This document shows positions 16,700 through 24,000 of a DNA stretch of 24,000 nucleotides, piece after piece. The notes beneath the pieces are model-generated. The model saw nothing but the letters and a program-made list of their open reading frames with translations. It was not told where the DNA came from and searched no databases. Position 1 is the stretch's first letter. The number at the start of each line of letters is the position of its first letter. The stretch is from Gloeotrichia echinulata CP02. GTDB lineage: Bacteria > Cyanobacteriota > Cyanobacteriia > Cyanobacteriales > Nostocaceae. Both the position numbers and the translations under genes were made by a program. Location of the stretch: NCBI GenBank assembly GCA_038087035.1, contig CP051187.1, positions 2,570,443 to 2,594,442 on the forward strand, given 5' to 3'.

Positions 16700-17020
16700 C
16701 ATTAGTTCTCAAATATCCTCTAATTACCAGCGTCAACTACCTACACTTCCCTAACGGGTAAGTGTAGGCTTGCGGAAAACCTAGCTTGCTAGGCTCACGG
16801 TACGCAACTAAGAGTTGGTTAGGGCGTAGAGATTTGGTAAGGACAAACGTACAAATATTTCCCTAGTTTGTACACGCCACTTGCTTTAAGCCGGCGAACC
16901 CGTCCAACGCAGTGGCTCCTCTTTGCGGTCTAGTCGTGAATAGAAGATACGCTTGCCAAATTGCCCGAAGGGACTGGATTTATTCCTAAATACAAATTAG
17001 TAATAATTTGGGTTATCCTC
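16700..17020 (+). ncRNA. Candidate omegaRNA scaffold for the downstream IsrB-like nuclease. The 5' boundary is uncertain
   Basis: The region is non-coding and densely structured. Stems lie at 16740-16768 (cctacactt/aagtgtagg), 16780-16793, 16849-16873 (gtacaaa/tttgtac), 16876-16916 (gccacttgc/gcagtggc) and 16964-16972 (ccc-gaa-ggg). Its position directly 5' of the nuclease ORF matches IscB/IsrB loci. Confidence 0.4.
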
Positions 17021-18172
17021 ATGAATCAAAATAATCAAGTTATACGAGTACCAGTAATATCTCCAAAAGGAATTGCACTTATGCCAACCACACCAGCACG
17101 GGCTAGGAAATGGATAAAATCTGGTAAAGCTGTTGGTAAACATAATAAAGTTGGTGTTTTTTACGTTCAATTATTGCGCGAAGCATCTGGACATGAGACA
17201 CAAGAAATAGTAGTTGGCACGGATAGAGGTAAAGCATTTACAGGTATTGCTTTTCAATCAAAGCTGGCGACGATTGCGTTATTTCATGCTTGTTTACCTG
17301 GTTTCTACAAATCCAAGAAAACCAGCAAAGATAGACAGTCTGTGACAGGAAAAATGGAGAAACGCACAGAACTACGTCGTACTCGTAGAGGACAGCGTAT
17401 TAATCGTAAAGTTGCTTTTAAATTACGCAATCACCGAGAAAAAAGGTTTAACAATCGTCGTCAAAACAAGCTACCACCTAGCGTAAAAGCTAACCGAGAA
17501 ATGGAATTAAGAATCTTGTCAGAAATGTCTAAAATAATTCCTATCTCCGAGATTAGAGACGAGTCGTGTGGTGGTAATTCCAAACGGAATGGATTTGGCA
17601 TATCTCCTGTAACAGTTGGGCAAGAATGGTTTAGAGTCGAAGCGTCAAAGCTTGCACCAGTCAAAGAAATAGATTCTTTGGATACCGGGAAATACCGCAC
17701 TCGGCTAGGTCTTGTTAAAGACAAGAAAGATAAATCAAAACAGACTCCAGAAACCCATGCTAACGATGCAATAGCATTAGCATCTACCGCATTTATTCAA
17801 TACAAAGCTTTCCATACCCAAAAAAGTCACGGGCATCATTGGGTTGGGGAATGTGTTGTAACTCCATCACCATTCATTGTGATTACTCGACCTAAATTAT
17901 TTAGGAGAAAATTGCATCAAGAAAACTACTCAAAGGGGGGAATTTTAAAGCGGCAAGGTGGAACAATAACACCATTTGGTTTTCGGTCAGGTGACTATGT
18001 TCAAACCTCTCGCAAGGGAGAAGTAATACGCGGTTGGGTTGGCGGATTTACTAATTCTGGGAAAACCAAAAATATTTCCATCTATGACCACAACTGGTCA
18101 CGTATTGGTCAATTTAATCCCAACAATGTCAAGTTAATAAAACGGAGTACGAGATTATGCGTTGTTGCATAA
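17021..18172 (+). CDS. isrB: IsrB-like OMEGA nuclease (IscB homolog lacking the HNH domain; RRXRR-domain protein)
   Basis: 383 aa from the ATG; the track's 16961 start is TTG. It carries a PLMP domain (ISPKGIALMPTTPARARKWIKSGKAV) and RuvC-I (IVVGTDRGKAFTGIAF). An Arg-rich bridge helix follows (RTELRRTRRGQRINRK...RFNNRRQNKLPPSV), then a RuvC-II region (IPISEIRDES). There is no CxxC/HNH insert. RuvC-III is ETHANDAIALAS, followed by a C-terminal beta-rich domain (FGFRSGDYV...RGWVGGF). Confidence 0.8.
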   Translation: MNQNNQVIRVPVISPKGIALMPTTPARARKWIKSGKAVGKHNKVGVFYVQLLREASGHETQEIVVGTDRGKAFTGIAFQSKLATIALFHACLPGFYKSKKTSKDRQSVTGKMEKRTELRRTRRGQRINRKVAFKLRNHREKRFNNRRQNKLPPSVKANREMELRILSEMSKIIPISEIRDESCGGNSKRNGFGISPVTVGQEWFRVEASKLAPVKEIDSLDTGKYRTRLGLVKDKKDKSKQTPETHANDAIALASTAFIQYKAFHTQKSHGHHWVGECVVTPSPFIVITRPKLFRRKLHQENYSKGGILKRQGGTITPFGFRSGDYVQTSRKGEVIRGWVGGFTNSGKTKNISIYDHNWSRIGQFNPNNVKLIKRSTRLCVVA

Positions 18173-18178
18173 ACTATT

Positions 18179-18251
18179 GCTTGTTTTGTCGCTGTCCTCC
18201 TCCCTCTTCTTGCTGTGCAAGAAAATGGTCGCAGGACGCAACAAAACAAGC
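18179..18251 (+). other. Long imperfect hairpin just after the isrB stop, either a terminator or the element's right-end structure
   Basis: gcttgttttgtcgc (18179-18192) pairs with gcaacaaaacaagc (18238-18251) with one mismatch. Inner stems gtcct/aggac and cttgc/gcaag lie between them. Confidence 0.3.
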
Positions 18252-18274
18252 CCGCAATTCCTCCCAACACCGAA

Positions 18275-18916
18275 TCAGAGATTTCGGTGTGGGACTCCTT
18301 GCGGTTCGAGTTGAAAAATTTGCTCTGCAGTTAAATTCAAATCTCGAAAAGTTGGTGATATTATCCTATCATTACCCCTAAACTGGCTAACCTGATACTC
18401 ACCCTCAACCAACAAGTAAACTGATATAGTTGGTTGTTTAGAATTGCCAATAAACTTTCTTGCACCATTAGCTAAATAATCAACAATCCAGTATTCAGGA
18501 ATGCCAATACCCTCATATTCGCCAGCTTTTTTATAGTAATCATCACGCCAATTTGTACTGACAACCTCAATAACTAATGGAACTGAGGCACCTTGAGTTA
18601 CTGTCGATTCTTTTTTCCATAATGGTTCATTTGCTAAATTATTGCGGTTCAATATCAGCAAATCTGGCAAATAGGCTGATTCACCAAAAAGCGATTTGAC
18701 TAATACTTGTTTGGGGATGGAATAGGGGAGGTTTATTCGTTTAATTTCTGTAGCTAGTTCCAGAGTTAAAAACCCTGTAATTTCTTCATGATCTCCCACT
18801 GGTTGTGCTATTTCAACAATCACTCCATCATGTAATTCGTAGCGTCCCCCGTCAGGTTTCCATTGAATAAATTCTGTAAAATTTACTAATTTGGTTTTTG
18901 GTATAGCTGCAGTCAT
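18275..18916 (-). CDS. Uma2-family (DUF820) putative endonuclease, a paralog of 6529..7158
   Basis: 213 aa. It carries PDLLILNRNNLANEPLWKKESTVTQGASVPLVIEVVSTNWRDDYYKKAGEYEGIGIPEYWIVDY. It is colinear with the other copy at both protein and DNA level, at roughly 70% nt identity by eye. Confidence 0.85.
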   Translation of the reverse strand: MTAAIPKTKLVNFTEFIQWKPDGGRYELHDGVIVEIAQPVGDHEEITGFLTLELATEIKRINLPYSIPKQVLVKSLFGESAYLPDLLILNRNNLANEPLWKKESTVTQGASVPLVIEVVSTNWRDDYYKKAGEYEGIGIPEYWIVDYLANGARKFIGNSKQPTISVYLLVEGEYQVSQFRGNDRIISPTFRDLNLTAEQIFQLEPQGVPHRNL

Positions 18917-18930
18917 ACTGTCAATTCCTT

Positions 18931-19263
18931 AGAGGTTGTTTGAAAAGTCCGTTTTCATGTGTCCTGGCGATTAGAAATCGCGGCTACACAGACAAAACCT
19001 GCACTTCGACAAGCTCAGTGACCACCTCCGCAGGTTGGAAAAACCTTCTCTTCGACACGCACTCGCGTTCGTAGAGAAAATATTGTGTTACTCCCTTCCC
19101 GCTGGAAGATTACCGAAATAATTTTTAGCTCACGCAAAGGCGCAAAGGCGCAAAGAAGGAAAATTATAGGTAATCTTAGACCGGGAAGGGAGTAGTCCAC
19201 GGAGGTGGACTTTGCTTGTGTAGTTGTCACCTTCATTCGCCCAAAACTTTTCAAACATCCTCT
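18931..19263. repeat. MITE-like nested inverted-repeat element filling the whole intergenic region
   Basis: The outer arms are agaggttgtttgaaaagt (18931-18948) and acttttcaaacatcctct (19246-19263). An inner hairpin pairs tactcccttcccg (19089-19101) with cgggaagggagta (19182-19194). An internal gcgcaaag x3 tandem is present. The AGAAATCGCGGCTACACA and GTCCACGGAGGTGGAC motifs look like Nostoc-type dispersed repeats. Confidence 0.6.
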
Positions 19264-19281
19264 TATGGGCGACAGATTTAT

Positions 19282-20682
19282 TCAATTCTCAAATGGTAAA
19301 CTAGGATATGGACTCTTAGGAAATATCGCCAACTCAGTTTCCGGGTCAAAAAAGTGAATTTTATCTGTCACCAGCGATAACCAAAGTTGCTCACCAGGAC
19401 GCACTAATTTATCTGGTGGTACCCGCACTTGCAGATAATTATCAGTCTGGGACAGTCTCACACTAATAAAAGAATCATTACCAAGATTCTCTACCACATC
19501 TACATCCACTGGTAAATTTTTCGTAGCAGGTACACCCATAATTAAGTGTTCTGGACGCATACCTAAAATTATGGTTTGTCCGTCGTATTTTTGCAGAGCA
19601 TTGACCCAGATATCTGGTAAAGTGAAGCGAAACTGGGAATGGCTAATTAATAATGGGGCGTGAAATTCTACCGGGATAAAATTCATCGGTGGTGAACCAA
19701 TGAATTCGGCGACAAAGCGGTTAGCAGGGCGGTTGTAAAGTTCTAGAGGTGCAGCCACTTGCTGGATTTGTCCCTGATTCATAATTGCAATGCGATCGCC
19801 CATTGTCATTGCTTCGGTTTGGTCGTGGGTAACGTAAATGGTCGTTGTCCCTAATTGTCGCTGCAATTTCACAATTTGAGCGCGAGTTTCAGCCCGCAGT
19901 TTAGCATCTAAATTCGACAGCGGTTCATCCATCAAAAACACTTGGGGATTCCGGGCGATCGCCCTTCCTAATGCTACCCGTTGTCTTTGTCCCCCAGATA
20001 ATTGTTTGGGTAATCGATTTAACAATGGTTCAATTTGTAACAATTGGGCAACGTTCAGCACCCGTTGAGCTACAGCCCGTTCCCTATCAGAAACATAACG
20101 GAGTCCTTTAGGTAACTTTCTTGTCATCTCCACCAGTAGATTTTCAGCCCACGGTGGAAGTTGGGAGGATGAGGAAGTATTTTCTTCTTCCCTTGAATAG
20201 TCTCCCCCTCCTCCTCGGCGCCGTAGACCAAAAGCAATGTTGTCATACACCGTCATGTGGGGATAGAGGGCGTAATTTTGAAACACCATTGCGATGTCCC
20301 GTTCCTTGGGGGGGAGGTCATTAATCAAGCGATCGCCTAGCCAAATTTTACCGCCAGTCATCACCTCCAACCCAGCTATTAACCGCAGCAGGGTACTTTT
20401 ACCACAACCAGAGGGTCCCACCAGCACGATAAATTCCCCATCTTCGACGGTGAGGTTAATCTGTCGCAAGACATTAATATTGTCTGCACGTTCTGACGCT
20501 GTATCACTTTTTTGGGATAGTGACGTAGTACCTTCCCCTTTGCGGGGGGGAAAACTTTTATAAATGTTTTCTAAAATAACTTGGGACACGGGTGTTAATT
20601 GGGGATTGGGGATTGGGGACTGGGGGAGGGGGAGATGAGGGAGATGAGGGAGAAATAACAAATGAGAACAGTCAACCGTCAA
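19282..20682 (-). CDS. ABC transporter ATP-binding protein of the MalK/UgpC sugar-importer type. This is the maximal ORF and the true start is probably downstream
   Basis: It has Walker A (GPSGCGKST), signature ([14 protein letters not shown]), Walker B ([12 protein letters not shown]) and a C-terminal MalK-like regulatory domain. The track start at 20682 is a TTG inside a heptamer repeat. A GTG at 20589 ([13 protein letters not shown]) aligns better with the family N-terminus. Confidence 0.85.
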   Translation of the reverse strand: MTVDCSHLLFLPHLPHLPLPQSPIPNPQLTPVSQVILENIYKSFPPRKGEGTTSLSQKSDTASERADNINVLRQINLTVEDGEFIVLVGPSGCGKSTLLRLIAGLEVMTGGKIWLGDRLINDLPPKERDIAMVFQNYALYPHMTVYDNIAFGLRRRGGGGDYSREEENTSSSSQLPPWAENLLVEMTRKLPKGLRYVSDRERAVAQRVLNVAQLLQIEPLLNRLPKQLSGGQRQRVALGRAIARNPQVFLMDEPLSNLDAKLRAETRAQIVKLQRQLGTTTIYVTHDQTEAMTMGDRIAIMNQGQIQQVAAPLELYNRPANRFVAEFIGSPPMNFIPVEFHAPLLISHSQFRFTLPDIWVNALQKYDGQTIILGMRPEHLIMGVPATKNLPVDVDVVENLGNDSFISVRLSQTDNYLQVRVPPDKLVRPGEQLWLSLVTDKIHFFDPETELAIFPKSPYPSLPFEN

Positions 20683-20712
20683 CCGTCAACCGTCAACCGT
20701 CAACCATCAACG
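20599..20712. repeat. Short tandem repeats: GGGGATT heptamers (the CCCCAAT STRR type), GAGATGAGG x2 and GTCAACC x5
   Basis: ttggggattggggattggggactggggg lies at 20599-20626. gtcaacc x5 lies at 20671-20705, followed by a degenerate unit. Confidence 0.9.
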
Positions 20713-20759
20713 GACACATAATACACGTTCTTTGTCAATACGAAAAGTTAAATAAATAG

Positions 20760-20996
20760 CTTTCACCATAAAAAGAACACTACCCTTAATTCTAGGGCTA
20801 TTAGAAGGTGTCGTTTGTAGCCATTTATGTTTGGCTTGAGCATAAGTTTCAATTGCTACCCAGCTATCTGCTCCAGTGAGTACCGCTTCGCAATAGCAAC
20901 GATATCTATTAGCAGATGCTGTTTAGTGCGCTCAATTCTTGGATCTTCTAGACCAGAAAAGTGTTTGAGGATGGTATCGTCAAAGTTTGGGTTCAT
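20760..20996 (-). pseudogene. ISAs1-family transposase N-terminal remnant, frameshifted and truncated
   Basis: The minus strand from ATG at 20996 reads MNPNFDDTILKHFSGLEDPRIERTKQHLLIDIVAIA and then hits a stop. A shifted frame continues CEAVLTGADSWVAIETYAQAKHKWL. Together these match the DDE_Tnp_1-associated N-terminal domain pattern. No DDE domain follows. Confidence 0.55.
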
Positions 20997-21385
20997 AAGT
21001 AGTGGATGCACCGAGCGCCTGGAGTAGCAGCAAAAATGCTAACCCTCTACTATACCTCATTTTTCGTTCCAATTAAGATGCGTTTGCCCTGCTCTACAAT
21101 ATAACTCCAACAATGTGGAGAAATAAAACCATGAGCAACTTTATTGAGGAGAGAGTCCCAGCTAAAACCGTGAGAAACTAACTCCTTAAGAATATCCTAC
21201 TTGACGGCAAAATTGTGCATTGAAATGGCGAGTGGTAGCACTTAAGCTAAATAACTTAGGGCACATAATTAGCCATCATGAACTGCCTCATCGCCGTGGT
21301 TCCCCTTGAATCGTGACTCTTTACCGCCATAACAAAAAATATATGTGCCTAAAATCACAGCCAACCACTTTTCAAACAACCTCTT

Positions 21386-23239
21386 ATGTTTAAAGAAGTG
21401 CTGAATACTGTACGTAGGTACACAAAAGCTTTCTGCCGTTCTCTACCGTTCTTATGGACAGCAGCACCAAAAGAAACAATCTTGATGATTGCTGGTGTGT
21501 TGTTGCAGGGAATTGTTCCCGCAATCAGCATTACTATTACCAAGCAAGTGGTAGATAAAGTGGCAATAGCTGTGAACGAAGGTAAGGAAATTACTGTTGA
21601 ACTCATGGCTGGCTTGGTAGCTGCATGGGTTGGGGCTTTGCTGCTACAGGCTCTCCTGCGACCTTGGATGTCAGCAATTCAAGGAAACTTGGGTGAAAAG
21701 CTAACGACTCACATTAACTTGTTGTTGATGCGTAAAGCTGACACTTTTCCCGATCTGAACCGTTTTGAAGACTCAAAGTTTTATGACGAGCTACGGCTTC
21801 TCCAAGAACAAGTAAACTATCAGCCAATGGGTTTTATTGGCAATTTGGCTGAGGGAGGCAGCAGTTTATTCACTTTGGTGACTATGATAGTGCTGCTATT
21901 CCCACTGGGATTTTGGATTCCGTTTGTGATTATCATTACAACCATACCCCAGATATATGTTTCCTTCCAGTATGAAATGATTATTTGGGGAGCTATGTAT
22001 GACAAAAGTCCAGAAGCCAGGCGGATGCAGTATTGCTCTTCGGTGATGCTTACTGATACTTACGCTAAAGAAGTGCGATTGTTTAAGCTTGGTTCTTTGT
22101 TTATTAGTCGATATATCAAAGAATTCCAGTCTTTACATCAAACTATGCGTCACTTGCGTGGTAAACAAGCTTTTTGGGCAGCACGTTTATCTGTGATGAG
22201 TGCTTTGGGGAATGGCTTTGCCTTTTATTGGGTGGTGCAGCAGGCTTTTAGAGGAGAGATTAGCCCAGGAAGTGTACTTCTTTTCGTGCAATCACTAGCT
22301 TACCTCCAGCAGAATTTAGAACAATGTATCACTGTCTCTTTAACTACCTTTGAGACTCTACTCTATATGCAGCAGTTTTTTGGTTTCCTTGATAGCCAAG
22401 CTACCATGCCTGTGTGCATTCCGGGTAAACCAGTACCTGTTCCCATGCGAACGGGCATCACTTTTAACAAAGTACAGTTTTGCTATCCAGACAATCGGTC
22501 TGCTTTAACAGATGTTTCCTTTACTCTGGAACCTGGAGAAACCGTAGCTTTGGTAGGGGAAAATGGCGCAGGCAAGACCACGCTCGTAAAGCTGCTGACG
22601 CGGTTATATGACCCTACAGAAGGAGCTATTTTGGTCGATGGTGTGGACTTGAGGGAATTAAATTTGGATGGGTGGCGACAGAAGATTGCTGTGGTGTTTC
22701 AAGACTTTAGTTGCTATGCACTTACCCTGGGAGAAAATATTGCATTGGGAGACATTGAGGCATTGGATGACTCAGAACGCCTCAGACGTGCAGTCCAAAA
22801 AGCTGGTATAGCTGAACTGGTCGAAAAATTTCCTCAAGCAGAACTTACTCCTTTAGGTAAGCAATTTGGTGGTACAGAACTTTCGGGAGGGGAATGGCAA
22901 AAATTAGCGATCGCTAGAGCCTTCATGCGGGAAGAAGCCCAAATACTGATTCTTGATGAGCCTACAGCTGCCCTTGACCCCCGCAGCGAGTATGAGGTAT
23001 ACCGACGCTTTGTAGAACTAGCTCAAGGTAAGACTACGCTTTTAATTACTCATCGACTAGCTTCAGTACGCATGGCTGACCGGATCTTAGTTTTGAAGCA
23101 TGGGCAGCTGATTGAAGAAGGTACTCACGAGGAGCTATTAGGACGTAAAGGTGAGTATGCGACGCTTTGGAATATGCAAGTAGAACAATATGGCTATCAA
23201 ATTAATGGCTCTTGCGTGTGTAGCGTGCTTAATTATTAA
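21386..23239 (+). CDS. ABC exporter with fused permease and ATPase (type I exporter)
   Basis: 617 aa. The N-terminal half is a multi-helix membrane domain. It has Walker A (GENGAGKTT), signature (LSGGEWQKLAIARAF) and Walker B (ILILDEPTAALD). The last 10 codons and the stop lie inside a MITE. Confidence 0.9.
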   Translation: MFKEVLNTVRRYTKAFCRSLPFLWTAAPKETILMIAGVLLQGIVPAISITITKQVVDKVAIAVNEGKEITVELMAGLVAAWVGALLLQALLRPWMSAIQGNLGEKLTTHINLLLMRKADTFPDLNRFEDSKFYDELRLLQEQVNYQPMGFIGNLAEGGSSLFTLVTMIVLLFPLGFWIPFVIIITTIPQIYVSFQYEMIIWGAMYDKSPEARRMQYCSSVMLTDTYAKEVRLFKLGSLFISRYIKEFQSLHQTMRHLRGKQAFWAARLSVMSALGNGFAFYWVVQQAFRGEISPGSVLLFVQSLAYLQQNLEQCITVSLTTFETLLYMQQFFGFLDSQATMPVCIPGKPVPVPMRTGITFNKVQFCYPDNRSALTDVSFTLEPGETVALVGENGAGKTTLVKLLTRLYDPTEGAILVDGVDLRELNLDGWRQKIAVVFQDFSCYALTLGENIALGDIEALDDSERLRRAVQKAGIAELVEKFPQAELTPLGKQFGGTELSGGEWQKLAIARAFMREEAQILILDEPTAALDPRSEYEVYRRFVELAQGKTTLLITHRLASVRMADRILVLKHGQLIEEGTHEELLGRKGEYATLWNMQVEQYGYQINGSCVCSVLNY

Positions 23240-23402
23240 TGAAAATCGATTAAATTGCTTTAATAACAAGGCTTACAGGCGTTTATAATTTGATTTTTAG
23301 TAACAGGATCTCAAATACAAAAAATAATGGCTTTTATCGGAGCCACGCAAGGGTTTCAAACTTATTTTTTAACAAATTCAGCACGCTAAGTACGGAAGAG
23401 CC
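23207..23402 (+). mobile_element. 196-bp MITE derived from the ISL3 family seen at 11760-13056
   Basis: Its ends are GGCTCTTGCGTGTGTAGCGTGCTTAATT and ...AATTCAGCACGCTAAGTACGGAAGAGCC. Both match the ISL3 terminal inverted repeats. It has no coding capacity. Confidence 0.75.
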
Positions 23403-23671
23403 GTATTTTTGCCCGTAATACAAAAGGGGATTATACAACTGATGAATTCATTGGTTTCCGAGAAAATAGGGACAGTTTAAAAGAAATATTCCAAAATTCT
23501 TTGTTAGCTGATATGGGGCTAATAGAAATAAAAGAATTAGAAAATACTATGCAACACTTCAATATGGGATTCTTTGCTAGTTCACCGCTTTTTGCTCAGA
23601 CCCTATCACTTGAACTCTGGTTGCGCTGCTTGTCCAAGGATAGTAGAAGTTTCTGGTTAGAAGAGGATTAG
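23403..23671 (+). pseudogene. 3' fragment of an unidentified gene trapped between the two MITE copies. The C-terminus is faintly asparagine-synthase-like
   Basis: The frame is open from the MITE edge: ...ARNTKGDYTTDEFIGFRENRDSLKEIFQNSLLADMGLIEIKELENTMQHFNMGFFASSPLFAQTLSLELWLRCL... with a stop at 23669-23671. There is no start codon context. The family assignment rests only on the SLELWLR-type ending. Confidence 0.25.
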
Positions 23672-23821
23672 CAGAGATCACTTTTGTTCATAGCAAGTAG
23701 AAAAATTAAGACAAAGCCTATATTTTCCAAGAGGTCTATTGTATAGAAAGGTCAATCATGAAAGACATTCACGTCCCACTCTATGTTTCCACGACTTTTT
23801 TTGAAGAAAGCGCAATTTTAT

Positions 23822-24000
23822 GGCTCTTCCGTACTTAGCGTGCTAAATTTATTAAATAATCAGCTTGAAACCCTTACTGAGATACGGTAATAGCCATTAT
23901 TTCCTGTATTTTTGGTCATATTGCTGAAAATTAAATTATGAACGCCTGTAAGTCTTACTTTTAAAGCAAATTTATAGACTTTAACTAATAATTAAGCACG
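23822..24000 (-). mobile_element. Second copy of the ISL3-derived MITE, inverted and running off the window end
   Basis: It begins ggctcttccgtacttagcgtgctaaattt at 23822. Its reverse complement is colinear with 23224-23402 (shared blocks cttacaggcgtt, aataatggct, gggtttcaa). Confidence 0.7.

Noticed and set aside
16500-16736. A 78-aa minus-strand ORF
   Set aside because: It spans CRISPR repeats and spacers of array 2 and is not a gene.
16683-17020. A tracrRNA-like anti-repeat in the region between array 2 and isrB
   Set aside because: Scanning by eye for the reverse complement of the repeat found only 7-nt matches (ttcatta at 16698-16704 and aacgggt at 16753-16759), which could be chance. 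The question stays open as a computational check, but I do not claim an anti-repeat.
16961-17020. A 20-codon N-terminal extension of the IsrB-like ORF from the TTG at 16961
   Set aside because: TTG is a weak start and the extension (PEGTGFIPKYKLVIIWVIL) precedes the conserved PLMP domain. The ATG at 17021 gives a family-typical N-terminus, and the extension overlaps predicted RNA stems.
18157-18381. A 74-aa + strand ORF after isrB
   Set aside because: It covers the long hairpin at 18179-18251 and runs antisense into the Uma2 3' end. The Cys/Ser-rich peptide is a product of the hairpin sequence.
19015-19254. A 79-aa minus-strand ORF
   Set aside because: It lies entirely within the MITE-like inverted-repeat element at 18931-19263.
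21060-21385. Possible small precursor-peptide genes upstream of the ABC exporter, for example a 16-codon ORF at 21132-21182 (MSNFIEERVPAKTVRN)
   Set aside because: They are too short, and they lack leader or core features, an RBS or repeats that would support a RiPP precursor. No modifying enzymes are present in the window.
20121-21606. ORFs 20121..20324, 20294..20563, 20827..21027 and 21355..21606
   Set aside because: They are antisense to the ABC ATPase, the ISAs1 remnant and the 5' end of the ABC exporter respectively, and have no independent support.

Overview
The window looks like a filamentous, Nostocales-like cyanobacterial chromosome. This is an inference from composition. I counted ten GCGATCGC (HIP1) sites at 1650, 5010, 5250, 5907, 6604, 10847, 19792, 19955, 20329 and 22907. 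There are also CCCCAAT-type heptamer tandem (STRR-like) repeats and many GTAGGGGC... palindromic dispersed repeats.

The core (6.5-18.9 kb) is a decayed type I-D-like CRISPR-Cas island bracketed by two Uma2 (DUF820) paralogs. Two arrays share one 37-nt repeat (13 and 20 repeats), point outwards from the centre, and have near-identical leaders. Only cas3' and cas2 remain intact. An ISL3 element with no target-site duplication sits where cas10d through most of cas1 should be. A TnpB (IS200/IS605-family) element lies between the cas1 remnant and cas2. A UPF0175/PIN (DUF3368) toxin-antitoxin cassette flanked by 38-bp direct repeats lies between leader 1 and cas3'.

The most interesting item is an HNH-less IscB (IsrB-like) OMEGA nuclease. 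It is preceded by a ~340-bp highly structured, omegaRNA-sized non-coding region. That region directly abuts the trailer end of array 2 on the array's transcribed strand.

Outside the island:
- A partial WD40 gene is built from near-identical 123-bp units with hypervariable codon patches.
- A 120-aa ORF and an 84-bp x 6 hairpin satellite are bracketed by 45-bp inverted repeats.
- A nucleotidyltransferase is fused to a phosphohexomutase-like module that appears to lack its catalytic motifs.
- There are two ABC-transporter genes and an ISAs1 transposase remnant.
- A pair of 196-bp ISL3-derived MITEs is present, one of which supplies the stop codon of the ABC exporter.

All calls come from reading the sequence and the ORF track by eye. 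No database search was run.
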